DNA of 64,000 nucleotides from an uncultured SAR86 cluster bacterium (GTDB taxonomy: Bacteria > Pseudomonadota > Gammaproteobacteria > Magnimaribacterales > D2472). Under the pieces are notes generated by a model. It was not told where the DNA came from. It saw only the letters and a list, made by a program, of their open reading frames with translations, and did no database searches. Below are positions 9,913-19,614 of this stretch, piece after piece (positions within the stretch are counted from its first letter, which is position 1; each line of letters opens with the position of its first letter). The translations under genes and the position numbers were made by a program. The stretch is from NCBI GenBank assembly GCA_902622845.1, contig CACNRI010000003.1:133859-197858 (forward strand), given 5' to 3'.

Positions 9913-10607
9913 TCATCTCCAAATATATCCTCCATATCATCTAGAAATTCATCATCCTCAGTCGAACCATTATTAATTTCATATTCTCTAGACTGTATAT
10001 AAGCATCTTTAACAAAAATATACTTATCTCCAATGATAAGTGTTTCAGCATCCAGAAGGCGCTCTCTAGTCTCGAGAGCATCAATACCTACCAATGTTAT
10101 CTTTACATCATTATCTTCCATTGCGAATGTACCGGAAAGGAAGCTTGAAATTGGTCTGCTCAATAAATCTCTTGGATTACTAGGGCCTAAAAAGGGAATC
10201 ATAATATAAGGGCCTGAATCAAAACCCCAAACACCAAGAGTTTGTCCAAAATCTTCTTCATGTTTTTCAAGACCCATTTTTGATGCAACATCAATTAAAC
10301 CAAATAATCCAATAGTAGAGTTGATAACAAATCTACCTGCGTCATTAAATGCATATTTAATTTCTCCCTGGAGTACTTGATTTATAGTGGTATCAATTTC
10401 TTCAAGATTATTAAAAAAGTTTGTTACTCCTGTTCTAGCAAATTGTGGTGTAACTTTTCTATATGTTAAGGCAGCTGGCTTTAAAAGTTTTTCATCTAAT
10501 TTCTCATTAAAGATAAAAATGTCCCTATTTAGATCCTCAAATGGATCATTTATTTCTTCGCCAAAGATTGGAATAGATAATAATAAAATAAGTAAAAATC
10601 TATTCAT
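9909..10607 (-). CDS. mlaA: phospholipid asymmetry protein MlaA/VacJ
   Basis: DPFEDLNR, RFVINSTIGLFGLIDVA, EDFGQTLG.WG, PFLGPS..RD; no lipobox Cys in the N-terminus. Confidence 0.92.
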   Translation of the reverse strand: MNRFLLILLLSIPIFGEEINDPFEDLNRDIFIFNEKLDEKLLKPAALTYRKVTPQFARTGVTNFFNNLEEIDTTINQVLQGEIKYAFNDAGRFVINSTIGLFGLIDVASKMGLEKHEEDFGQTLGVWGFDSGPYIMIPFLGPSNPRDLLSRPISSFLSGTFAMEDNDVKITLVGIDALETRERLLDAETLIIGDKYIFVKDAYIQSREYEINNGSTEDDEFLDDMEDIFGDD

Positions 10608-11295
10608 GTTCTTTGATTGTTCGTATTGTATTTAGAAATAAAGGGTCTAATTTTAAATCATCAAATGGATATGTTGAATCTATGAATTTTTTATCATATT
10701 CGAGTCTATCTAAAACCGTATTCTCAGTTTCTAAGTTAAAACTCTGGAAATCATCACTTTGATGAATATTGTTTAGGATAATGCCTAAGACTTTAGTATT
10801 TAAGCTTGCAAAAACATCTTCAGATCTCCTTAAATCTGCAATTGATAATTTAGATATAGTTGATACTAAAATTACAAAATCAGGAACAATTTTTTGACAT
10901 ACCGTTAAATAGGCATCGCCTGTTCCAGGAGGCATATCAATTAATAGAAAATCTAGTTCGTCCCAATTAGTTTTTTCATATATCTGGTTGATGGCAGAGC
11001 TCAACATGGGCCCTCTCCAGATAGCAGCATTTTTATCGAGTAGGAATCCTAAAGAGTTTAGTGAAATATTATCAACTTTTTTTGGTATATATGGTCTGTC
11101 AGTATTTTTTTTATCTACTTCGATATTTTTATCATTAATATCGAATAATATATCTTGATTAGGGCCGTAAATATCTGCATCTAAAATACCAACTTTGCTA
11201 TCCTTTGATAGAACTGTAGCTAAAAAAGAGCAAACAGTTGATTTACCAACTCCTCCTTTTGCTGAAGCAATTGCAATAGTTTTTTTTATAGTCAT
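10600..11295 (-). CDS. Mrp/ApbC/NBP35-family P-loop ATPase, truncated and lacking the CxxC motif
   Basis: ASAKGGVGKST deviant Walker A, DADIYGP, AIWRGPM, DMPPGTGD; divergent from metG as with mrp/apbC. Confidence 0.85.
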   Translation of the reverse strand: MTIKKTIAIASAKGGVGKSTVCSFLATVLSKDSKVGILDADIYGPNQDILFDINDKNIEVDKKNTDRPYIPKKVDNISLNSLGFLLDKNAAIWRGPMLSSAINQIYEKTNWDELDFLLIDMPPGTGDAYLTVCQKIVPDFVILVSTISKLSIADLRRSEDVFASLNTKVLGIILNNIHQSDDFQSFNLETENTVLDRLEYDKKFIDSTYPFDDLKLDPLFLNTIRTIKEHE

Positions 11296-11334
11296 TATCT
11301 AATTAACTTATAATATATTAAAAATTATCACAAA

Positions 11335-13284
11335 ATGAAATCACGCAAGATTCTGGTAACAAGCGCATTGCCATATGCCAATGGTTCAATACATATTGGA
11401 CATGTTCTTGAATCTGTAATTACTGATATTTGGGTAAGATACCAAAATATTAATGGTAATGAATGTCTCTACTTTTGTGCAGATGATACGCACGGAACGC
11501 CTGTCATGCTCAAAGCCAAAGAGCTTGGAATAGATCCTGAAGAGCTTATTAAAAGAACTAGAGAGGAGCACATAAAAAGTTATTCAAGATTTAATATTAA
11601 TTTTGATAATTTTTATACTACTCATTCTGATGAGAACAAAAAATATGCTGAAGATATTTATCAAAAGTGTAAAGAAGAAAATTTAATCTTTAAAAAAGAA
11701 ATTGAACAGTTTTATGACTCAGAAGAAGGTTTATTCTTATCTGATAGATTTATAAAAGGTACATGTCCAAAATGTGGCGCTGAAGATCAGTATGGTGATG
11801 GTTGTTCTGTCTGTGGCACGACTTATACACCTGATGATTTACTAAATCCCGTATCGTCATTATCGAATTCTGAGCTTACCAAGAAAAGAACTGAGCATGT
11901 ATTTTTTGATTTGCCTCAAATGAAAGATTTTCTTGAGAATTATCTCGAAGACTTAACTCTTCAAGATCCTATAAAAAATAAGCTAAATGAATGGATTGAG
12001 GATGGGTTAAAGCCATGGGATATATCAAGAGACAAGCCATACTTTGGATTTGAAATACCCGGAGAGAAAGATAAATATTTTTATGTTTGGCTTGATGCAC
12101 CGATTGGATATTTAGCTTCTGCAAAAAATTGGGCAGAAAACAATAATATGGATATCAAAGATTTATGGGGTGAAAGCTCTGATTATGAAATTCATCATTT
12201 TATTGGAAAAGATATTGCTTATTTTCATGCTCTATTCTGGCCAGCACTTTTAAAGTCATCAAATATTCGCTTACCTGAGTCAATTAATGTTCATGGGTTT
12301 TTAACTATTGATGGTGAGAAGATGTCAAAATCCAATGGAACCTTTATAAATGCAGACGACTTTGCTGAAAACTATGATGGTGAGTTATTAAGATATTATT
12401 TTGCTGATAAGTTTAATAATTCAATTGATGATCTAGATTTTAATGAAGATGAATTTATTCAAAAAATTAATTCAGATATCGTCGGTAAATATTTAAATAT
12501 TGCTAGCAGAGTTTCAAAATTTATTGAGAAGAATGGTAATAATCTCTCTGCAAACTTAGATGTGAACTTTATTGAGAAAAATCTATCAATGATCGATGAA
12601 GTGATTGAGCATTATGAAAACTTAAATCTTTCTAAATCTGTAAAAATTATTATGAAGATGGCAGATGAAGTTAATAAATATATTAATGAGAATGAGCCTT
12701 GGAAATCCAGTGAAGAAAAGGCTGTAGAGGTATCATCAACAGCAATTAACTGTTTTAGAGTTATCTCAATATTGCTTAATCCTGTTCTACCAACAATAAC
12801 ATCAAAGGCTTTAGAAGTATTTAATGATAGTGCTACAAATGATTTTAATAATATTAAGGATTATCTTGTAGATACAAAAATTAATCCATATAAGCCCCTA
12901 TTAAAAAGATTAGAAAAAGCTAAAATAAATGAGGAAATTGAAATGGAAGATTCAAATTTAATTAATATCAAAGATTTTGCAAAGATTGAGCTTCGCGTAG
13001 CTAAAATTGTTAAAGCTGAGGGTATAGAAGAAGCTGATAAGCTCATAAAATTACATCTTGATGTGGGTGATCTTGGTGAAAGAACTGTTTTTGCTGGCAT
13101 AAAAAGTGCATATGATCCTGAGAGTCTTAATGGAAGACATGTTGTATTAGTTGCAAATCTTGAGCCAAGGAAAATGAAATTTGGAGTATCGGAAGGAATG
13201 GTCTTAGCCTCTAGCAATGATGAGGGATCAATTTATTTAATATCACCAGATGAAGGTGCAAAGCCAGGTCAGTTAGTTAAATAA
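11335..13284 (+). CDS. metG: methionine--tRNA ligase with C-terminal tRNA-binding domain
   Basis: HIGH and KMSKS motifs, CPKC...CSVC knuckle, C-terminal OB fold (PRKMKFGVSEGM). Confidence 0.98.
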   Translation: MKSRKILVTSALPYANGSIHIGHVLESVITDIWVRYQNINGNECLYFCADDTHGTPVMLKAKELGIDPEELIKRTREEHIKSYSRFNINFDNFYTTHSDENKKYAEDIYQKCKEENLIFKKEIEQFYDSEEGLFLSDRFIKGTCPKCGAEDQYGDGCSVCGTTYTPDDLLNPVSSLSNSELTKKRTEHVFFDLPQMKDFLENYLEDLTLQDPIKNKLNEWIEDGLKPWDISRDKPYFGFEIPGEKDKYFYVWLDAPIGYLASAKNWAENNNMDIKDLWGESSDYEIHHFIGKDIAYFHALFWPALLKSSNIRLPESINVHGFLTIDGEKMSKSNGTFINADDFAENYDGELLRYYFADKFNNSIDDLDFNEDEFIQKINSDIVGKYLNIASRVSKFIEKNGNNLSANLDVNFIEKNLSMIDEVIEHYENLNLSKSVKIIMKMADEVNKYINENEPWKSSEEKAVEVSSTAINCFRVISILLNPVLPTITSKALEVFNDSATNDFNNIKDYLVDTKINPYKPLLKRLEKAKINEEIEMEDSNLINIKDFAKIELRVAKIVKAEGIEEADKLIKLHLDVGDLGERTVFAGIKSAYDPESLNGRHVVLVANLEPRKMKFGVSEGMVLASSNDEGSIYLISPDEGAKPGQLVK

Positions 13285-14309
13285 TGAAAGAAACGGATAT
13301 TTTAATAGTTGGAGCAGGTCCCGTAGGACTTTTTACAGTTTTTGAAGCTGGCCTATTAGGATTAAATTGCACATTAATCGATAACTTAGACAAACCTGGT
13401 GGGCAATGCGCCGAGCTTTATCCTGAAAAACCTATCTATGATATCCCAGGAGTCCCATTTCAAACAGCACAAGAACATGTTGATGCCCTATTAAAGCAAA
13501 TAGAACCTTTTGATTATGATTTAAATTTATCTCAAAGAGTTCAAACAATTTCAGAAGATGGTGACTTTTGGATTGTAGAAACTAATGAGGGTAACAAATT
13601 TAAAACAAAAAATATATTCATAGCAGCAGGTGCTGGGTCTTTTGAACCAAGAAGACCGGCAAATATTGAAAATCCTGATTTATTTCTCAATAAGGGAGTA
13701 ACGTATGCCGTAAGAAATATGGATCAATACAAAGACAAAAAAGTATTCATTTTTGGTGGCGGAGACTCTGCTTTAGATTGGACAGTGGAATTAAGTAAAA
13801 TTGCCTCTCACGTTAGCTTGGTTCATAGAAGAGATCAGTTTAGAGGTGCATATAAAACTGAACAAGAAATGAGAGATTTAGTTAAAAATGAAAAAGTTAG
13901 TCTTTTTACACCTCACTTAATCAATGAAATTGTTGGAGACAAAAAAGTAACCGGAGTTAAACTTAAGAACTTCGAAACTTTAGAGATTTCTGAACATAAA
14001 GCCGATGAACTGCTATTCCTCTTTGGTTTAAATAAAAAACTAGGTCCAATACTTGATTGGGAGATTGATTTAGAAGATAAAAAAATATCTGTAAATACCA
14101 CTACTTTTGAAACATCTAAAAAAGGTATATTTGCTGTAGGTGATATTAATCATTACGAAGGAAAGCTTGATCTTATTTTATGTGGATTCCATGAAACAAC
14201 ACTTGCAGTCCAAGAGGCTTTTAAGAGGATAAATCCTGGTGAGAGAGTTCCCTTTGGATATACAACCTCAAATAAAAAACTTCAAAAAAAACTTGGCGTA
14301 ATTGATTGA
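13284..14309 (+). CDS. thioredoxin-reductase-fold ferredoxin--NADP reductase
   Basis: GAGPVG, GGQCAELYPEKPIYDIPG, GGGDSALDW; catalytic CxxC of TrxB is absent (GVTYAV). Confidence 0.85.
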   Translation: MKETDILIVGAGPVGLFTVFEAGLLGLNCTLIDNLDKPGGQCAELYPEKPIYDIPGVPFQTAQEHVDALLKQIEPFDYDLNLSQRVQTISEDGDFWIVETNEGNKFKTKNIFIAAGAGSFEPRRPANIENPDLFLNKGVTYAVRNMDQYKDKKVFIFGGGDSALDWTVELSKIASHVSLVHRRDQFRGAYKTEQEMRDLVKNEKVSLFTPHLINEIVGDKKVTGVKLKNFETLEISEHKADELLFLFGLNKKLGPILDWEIDLEDKKISVNTTTFETSKKGIFAVGDINHYEGKLDLILCGFHETTLAVQEAFKRINPGERVPFGYTTSNKKLQKKLGVID

Positions 14310-14881
14310 AAGAAAAGTTTAGAAAGTTCCTTCCGGTAGTTGTAGATATGGAAACTGGTGGTTTTGATCCAGTTAACGATGCACTATTGGAAATTGCTAT
14401 AACTCTTATAGATTATGACAAAGAATTTCGAGTTGGCACAACTCATAGGCATCACATAATACCTTTTGAAGGTTTAAATGTATCTGAGGAATCTCTCGAA
14501 TTTACCGGCATTGATCTTAATCACCCTTTAAGAAATGCAGTTGATGAAAAAGAAGCTTTAAAAGACCTTTTTAGTATCATCAATAAACATAAGAATAAAT
14601 ATGAGTGCAGTAGAGCTATTCTTGTTGGACATAATGCTCATTTTGATTTGGGTTTTTTAAATGAGTCTATTAAGAGAAATAATATTAAAAGATCCCCTTT
14701 CCACCCCTTCTCAGTTTTTGATACTGTATCTATAGGTGGAATTTTTACTGGTCAAACTGTCCTTGCAAGAGTTGCTAAAGAGCTAGGCTTTGATTATGAA
14801 AACGAATTGGCCCATTCAGCGTCATATGATTCGGAAATAACAGCGAAAGTTTTCTGTAAAATCTTAAATAAAATAGATTAG
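14306..14881 (+). CDS. rnt: ribonuclease T
   Basis: DEDDh motifs (VVVDMETGG, GHNAHFD, HSASYD), RSPFHPFS, GQTVLA; TTG start. Confidence 0.93.
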   Translation: MKEKFRKFLPVVVDMETGGFDPVNDALLEIAITLIDYDKEFRVGTTHRHHIIPFEGLNVSEESLEFTGIDLNHPLRNAVDEKEALKDLFSIINKHKNKYECSRAILVGHNAHFDLGFLNESIKRNNIKRSPFHPFSVFDTVSIGGIFTGQTVLARVAKELGFDYENELAHSASYDSEITAKVFCKILNKID

Positions 14882-15192
14882 CCTACTGCATCATCGACAA
14901 GTTTTTGAAGCTCGCCTGATTCATGCATTTGCGTAACAATGTCGCAACCCCCAATTAACTCACCCGAAATAAAAACCTGAGGAAAGGTTGGCCAGTCAGT
15001 TACAGAAGGAAGCGTTGCTCTAACTTCTTGATTTTCTAAAATATCAACAAATGAGAATTGAGCCCCACAATCTATTAATGCTTGTACTGTCTTTGATGAA
15101 AAGCCGCATCTTGGCTCATATGGCGTGCCCTTCATGTAAATAAGCACAGGATTTTCTTTGATTTGTTGTTTAAGTTTTTCTTCTAGGCTCAT
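14878..15192 (-). CDS. grxD: monothiol glutaredoxin
   Basis: CGFS motif, WPTFPQ, GGCDI. Confidence 0.96.
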   Translation of the reverse strand: MSLEEKLKQQIKENPVLIYMKGTPYEPRCGFSSKTVQALIDCGAQFSFVDILENQEVRATLPSVTDWPTFPQVFISGELIGGCDIVTQMHESGELQKLVDDAVG

Positions 15193-15935
15193 TTAATTAT
15201 CTTAATATATTGTGAAAGAACATTATCCAATCCATGGATAAGTGCTTCAGTTATTATAGCGTGACCAATTGAAACTTCATCAATAATATTGAGATCAATT
15301 AATTCAGGAAGATTTTCTAAGTTGAGGTCATGACCCGCATTGAGTTTTAAATTATTTGATTTTACATACTTGAAAATCTCATGCATTTCTTCAATGTATG
15401 AAACTCTTTCATCTTTGTTAAGTTTTGCATATGGTCCAGTATAAATTTCTACTGCATTTACACCCATTTCCAAAGCATAATCTACAGATTCGAGATTGGC
15501 ATCAATAAACATACTTACATGTGAACAATCTTCATGGAGTCTTTCTATAATTAATTTTAATTCCTCATCATGATCTCCCCTTTTCCAACCATGATCTGAG
15601 GTTATTTGATTGTCTTCATCCGGAACAAGTGTTGCTTGATAAGGTTTTATATCTTTAACTAAGTTTTCGTATCCCCTAAAAGAACCATTTTCAATATTAA
15701 ATGGGTTACCCTCAATGTTAAATTCAAGATTATTTTCTTTACATAAAGTAGCTAAATCTATGACATCTGATGACAAAGCATGTCTCTCATCTGATCTTGG
15801 ATGTAGAGTAAGACCACAAATATCATGGTCCATACAAGATTTAGCAAAATTCACTAATGATGGATAATCTGATCCTCTTGCATTTCTGAGAAGTGCAACC
15901 TTATTCAAGTTAACGCTTAAATTTGTTTTATTCAT
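15189..15935 (-). CDS. pdxJ: pyridoxine 5'-phosphate synthase
   Basis: LSVNLNKVALLRNAR, TLHPRSDERH, NAGHDLN, EVSIGHAI. Confidence 0.93.
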   Translation of the reverse strand: MNKTNLSVNLNKVALLRNARGSDYPSLVNFAKSCMDHDICGLTLHPRSDERHALSSDVIDLATLCKENNLEFNIEGNPFNIENGSFRGYENLVKDIKPYQATLVPDEDNQITSDHGWKRGDHDEELKLIIERLHEDCSHVSMFIDANLESVDYALEMGVNAVEIYTGPYAKLNKDERVSYIEEMHEIFKYVKSNNLKLNAGHDLNLENLPELIDLNIIDEVSIGHAIITEALIHGLDNVLSQYIKIIK

Positions 15936-15969
15936 AAAATCTATATTAATTATAACTAATATTTATGTT

Positions 15970-17307
15970 TTAACTAATATTTTCTTTTATAGTTGAATGA
16001 GCTTCTCGTGAAATATTATGTTTTGATAAAAGATAGCTAGCAAGAAAAAAACAGATTACTGGAATAAAGTGATACATATATAAAAGAGTATTCTTGGTAA
16101 ATTGTGAATTATCAGATCCTAAAGTAATATCAAAACCAATTACACTCTCAAGAAATATATAAGGAAAGGCTACCGCAAGGGTATAACCTACTTTGGTAAT
16201 TGTTGTGTAGTATGCAAACATAGCTCCAGATTTATTAACATCTGATTCTGCCTGCTCTGCATCCGAGACGTCAGCTACCATAGAAATAATCAACGGTGCA
16301 GCGCCTGAAAAGGATATTCCATACATTGCCAGAACAAAAAATAGTACTCCTGCTTTTACTGATTCACTTGCATCACTTATATAAAGAACAACAAAAAATT
16401 GAAGTAGAAATAGTATTCCTGCATATAGAAGACATAATGATGCAGCAAAATGTTTTGTAAATTTTAGGCCAATATATCTCCATAAAAATATTCCTATCAC
16501 TGCAAATGTAAAGTTTACGAATATAGCCCTTGATGCGTAATCACCAAGCTCAAGAATAGAGTCCATAAAGATTACAAATAAACCGCCAGTTAAGCTTTGA
16601 GCGAAAGCAAGAAGAACGCTTGCCAAAACAAGTCTATTTAAAGTCTTATTCTTTAAGAATCTCTTGAAGGATTTTAGTGGGTTATCGTAATTTGAGGCAG
16701 TCCTTTTATCATCTAAAAAAAATAGACCAAGAAATATTGTTAAAGGAATGCCAACCAAAGCGAATACACCAATTGCATTGATCTTTAGAAGAAATGATCC
16801 TTCATAGATCTCTATTACTGCAGGTATAGAAATTACAATTAAAGTTGCGATGATCGCAATAATTTCTCTCAATGTTAATAATTTAGTTCTTTCATCATAT
16901 TCAGGAGCGATAAATGATGCCCACGAGAGCTGAGCTATATTGGCAAGGGTAAATCCGCTGTATAGAGTAAATAAAGCAATAAATAAGTACCAACCACTAA
17001 TAAATTCATCTTGGGGAAAAAAAAGAAAATATGCGCTTAGGCATAAAACAGGTAGCGATAAGAAAATCCAATGTTTATGCTTTCCAAATCTAGAAGGATA
17101 CCTGTCAACCAATGCACCCATAATGGGATCAGTGAATACGTCTATAATTCTGCCAGCAAAAAAGATTAATCCCACTAAAGAAAGTCCAAGATTATAGTTT
17201 GAAGCATAAAAAGGAAGAATATATACAAGGATAGGTATCCCGGTTACTGGAAATGGAAAAACCAATAATGAATATATGATCTTTTTATTGTTTTCTGAAA
17301 TAACCAT
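15970..17307 (-). CDS. MFS transporter, GPH (glycoside-pentoside-hexuronide) family
   Basis: About 12 TM segments; GRIIDVFTDPIMGALVDR motif. Confidence 0.85.
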   Translation of the reverse strand: MVISENNKKIIYSLLVFPFPVTGIPILVYILPFYASNYNLGLSLVGLIFFAGRIIDVFTDPIMGALVDRYPSRFGKHKHWIFLSLPVLCLSAYFLFFPQDEFISGWYLFIALFTLYSGFTLANIAQLSWASFIAPEYDERTKLLTLREIIAIIATLIVISIPAVIEIYEGSFLLKINAIGVFALVGIPLTIFLGLFFLDDKRTASNYDNPLKSFKRFLKNKTLNRLVLASVLLAFAQSLTGGLFVIFMDSILELGDYASRAIFVNFTFAVIGIFLWRYIGLKFTKHFAASLCLLYAGILFLLQFFVVLYISDASESVKAGVLFFVLAMYGISFSGAAPLIISMVADVSDAEQAESDVNKSGAMFAYYTTITKVGYTLAVAFPYIFLESVIGFDITLGSDNSQFTKNTLLYMYHFIPVICFFLASYLLSKHNISREAHSTIKENIS

Positions 17308-17346
17308 TTGGATTAGAATACTATACTTGTAATTAATCTATTTTAA

Positions 17347-17520
17347 ATGGCTAAATTAAATAAAAATCTTTTAAATATTCTGGTCTGTCCTGTCTCCAAA
17401 GGGAAGTTAGTTTATGATGAAGAAAATAATGAACTTATCTGCGAGGAATCTAAATTAGCTTATCCAATTATTGATGGCATTCCTGCTATGCTTAAAGAAA
17501 AAGCTCGTAAGATTTCGTAA
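17347..17520 (+). CDS. Trm112-like (YcaR/UPF0434) protein, 57 aa
   Basis: Not in ORF track; MAKLNKNLLNILVCPVSKGKLVYDEENNELICEESKLAYPIIDGIPAMLKEKARKIS matches the LLxILxCP...YPIxDGIP signature. Confidence 0.9.
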   Translation: MAKLNKNLLNILVCPVSKGKLVYDEENNELICEESKLAYPIIDGIPAMLKEKARKIS

Positions 17521-17541
17521 CATAAAATTTACAATACGTTT

Positions 17542-17659
17542 CAGAATCTACACCAAGTAGAAACACTGTTTAGTTACGATTTCATAGTCGATTAAGAAAC
17601 TTCCCCTGTTTTTGATCATTTCGACAAAATATAAGGAGCCGTATAGGCTCCTTTGTTTT
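17542..17659 (+). ncRNA. candidate structured small RNA with UUCCCCU loop and intrinsic terminator
   Basis: TACAAT at 17530-17535; hairpins TCTAC/GTAGA and GATTAAGAAAC-TTCCCCT-GTTTTTGATC; terminator at 17633-17658. 5' end is estimated. Confidence 0.4.
17633..17658 (+). terminator. intrinsic terminator
   Basis: AAGGAGCC-GTATA-GGCTCCTT followed by TGTTTT. Confidence 0.8.
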
Positions 17660-17672
17660 ATAATTCAAGTAT

Positions 17673-17750
17673 GCGCCTGTAGCTCAGTTGGATTAGAGTG
17701 CTTGGCTACGAACCAAGAGGTCGGAGGTTCGAATCCTTCCAGGCGCGCCA
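17673..17750 (+). tRNA. tRNA-Arg(ACG)
   Basis: Cloverleaf: anticodon arm CTTGG-CT-ACG-AA-CCAAG, T arm GGAGG-TTCGAAT-CCTTC, encoded CCA. Confidence 0.97.
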
Positions 17751-18833
17751 TTAATCAGCAGAATTAGCATACTGGTTTAATAGAATGCTTTTTAGCTCAT
17801 CTGGCTCGTCTTTTAGCCTTTCTGAGAAGTATTCATTGTCTTCAAGTTTAAGATCTTTATTCAAAATAGATAAAGCATCTTTATTAGTAGGATGATTATG
17901 AAACTGATTAGATATTTCATTAGTTATTTGCTCAGCAACTATCTCATAAGAGTCTGATTCGAAGTTCATTACATTTCCAATATTCAATACTACCGATCCT
18001 TTAAAGCCTGATATTCCCCTAGATATACTTTCAAGGTCTTCGTTTTCTTTTTTTTCATAAAAGCCATTTACCTCAGTCTCATAAACCTCTTTAGCTTTAT
18101 TCAAATCATTTGGGTCAAACTCATAGGAAATAGAGACTGGAATAACCCTCATTTGATTAAAGAAATCAGAAAAAGATAACTCTTTTCTTTTAGTAAGATG
18201 GATCATTTTTAAAATTGCTGGATCTGTTATATCTTTACCATCTTTTGCCCTTCCCTCACGTTGAGCAATCCAGATAGATTCATTTTCAACTTTTACTTTA
18301 TTGAATATGAATTCTGAAACTAGATTGAGCGATTGATAAATTTCTCTCTTTGATGATCCAGATCTTGGTATTATAAAACTCTTATTAAGGCGCATAAGAT
18401 CTGCAGCCCATTTTTGATCCATAAGATTACTACCTACAGCTATATTTACAGTAGAAAAGTCATTTTTGTGAAGAGCAAGGTTTAAAAACGCAGGGTCTAA
18501 AGTAATGTCTCTATGATTTGAAATAAATAGATATGAAGTATTTTCTTGGAGGTTTTCCAGCCCATTATATGTAAAACCACTTGATGTATCTTTTATGATC
18601 TTTTCCATAATCTTTTCATACATATTTTGATATTGATGGATTGATTTAATTTTTTTAAACCTTCTGCTGAGATAGAAAGATAAAAATAATCCCAAAAAAG
18701 AATTTAAAAAAGTATTGTGGTAGCCCCTAGAATGTAAAAAGGCATTTATAACTTTCTTATTAGATGCAAGTTCACGAAGTTTAGATTCAACTTCGTGATC
18801 ATAATAAGGCCTTATTTCTTCAAATTTATCCAA
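17751..18833 (-). CDS. glycerolipid acyltransferase (PlsC/GPAT superfamily)
   Basis: NHRDITLD (HxxxxD) motif, WIAQREGRAKDG block, PVSISYE; TTG start. Confidence 0.85.
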   Translation of the reverse strand: MDKFEEIRPYYDHEVESKLRELASNKKVINAFLHSRGYHNTFLNSFLGLFLSFYLSRRFKKIKSIHQYQNMYEKIMEKIIKDTSSGFTYNGLENLQENTSYLFISNHRDITLDPAFLNLALHKNDFSTVNIAVGSNLMDQKWAADLMRLNKSFIIPRSGSSKREIYQSLNLVSEFIFNKVKVENESIWIAQREGRAKDGKDITDPAILKMIHLTKRKELSFSDFFNQMRVIPVSISYEFDPNDLNKAKEVYETEVNGFYEKKENEDLESISRGISGFKGSVVLNIGNVMNFESDSYEIVAEQITNEISNQFHNHPTNKDALSILNKDLKLEDNEYFSERLKDEPDELKSILLNQYANSAD

Positions 18834-18870
18834 GTTGTATAATGATTTTTAAGAGTATTTTACAAAATAT

Positions 18871-19614
18871 ATGAAAGATTACCTAAATTATGATGGTTTG
18901 GCTGTAATGGCTCATCGAGGCGGCTCTCTTGAAGCTCCTGAAAATACCATTGAATCATTCAAATACGCTCTAGAAATTGGCTCAGATATCATTGAAACAG
19001 ATATCCAGCTAAGCTCTGATGGCATTCCATATATCTTTCATGATGATGACTTAAAAAGAATTTCTGGTATAGAAAAGAATTTTAATGAGCTTTTAGCTTC
19101 TGAAATAGATGAATTAAATATTTTTGATGATTACAAAATACCAACACTTGAAGAAACGCTAAAACAATTCCCTAATACTAAATTTCAAATTGATTTTAAA
19201 ACAGATGAAGTAGTCGATCCTGCAATTGAGATAATTAATAAGTTGCCACATATTAAAAAGAATTTATGTGTTGCCAGTTTTTCAAGTCAAAGACTGCAAA
19301 AAATTAAATCTAAACTTAGTGACGTAACTTATTCAATGGGTCCTCATGAAGTACTTAAGCTTCTTCTTAAAAGCTTTGGAATATATAGGGGTGAAATTAG
19401 TGGTGATTGCCTGCAAATACCAATTTATAGATATGGTATTAAGATTGTTACACAGAGATTTGTAGATTTTTGTAAACGTGAAAATATCAAGATTTCTGTT
19501 TGGACAATTAATAGTATTGAAGAAATGGACTATCTAATTGGCTTAGATGTAGATGGGATAATAACAGATAAGCCTAAAGCTTTGATTAATCTACTTGCTT
19601 CAAGAAATACTTAA
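18871..19614 (+). CDS. glycerophosphodiester phosphodiesterase
   Basis: AHRGG, PENT, IETDIQ...FHD, WTIN, DGIITD. Confidence 0.93.
   Translation: MKDYLNYDGLAVMAHRGGSLEAPENTIESFKYALEIGSDIIETDIQLSSDGIPYIFHDDDLKRISGIEKNFNELLASEIDELNIFDDYKIPTLEETLKQFPNTKFQIDFKTDEVVDPAIEIINKLPHIKKNLCVASFSSQRLQKIKSKLSDVTYSMGPHEVLKLLLKSFGIYRGEISGDCLQIPIYRYGIKIVTQRFVDFCKRENIKISVWTINSIEEMDYLIGLDVDGIITDKPKALINLLASRNT

Noticed and set aside
11680-11820. Apparent loss of one MetG zinc knuckle
   Set aside because: The single four-Cys site with the YD.E.G.F segment is the normal E. coli-type arrangement.
13284-14309. Thioredoxin reductase trxB
   Set aside because: Catalytic CxxC is absent; motifs fit the FNR subfamily.
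17552-17620. 23-aa minus-strand ORF MIKNRGSFLIDYEIVTKQCFYLV in the ycaR-tRNA gap (coordinates approximate)
   Set aside because: No SD at a suitable distance and no recognisable features; the plus-strand RNA structure explains the region better. Not fully excluded.
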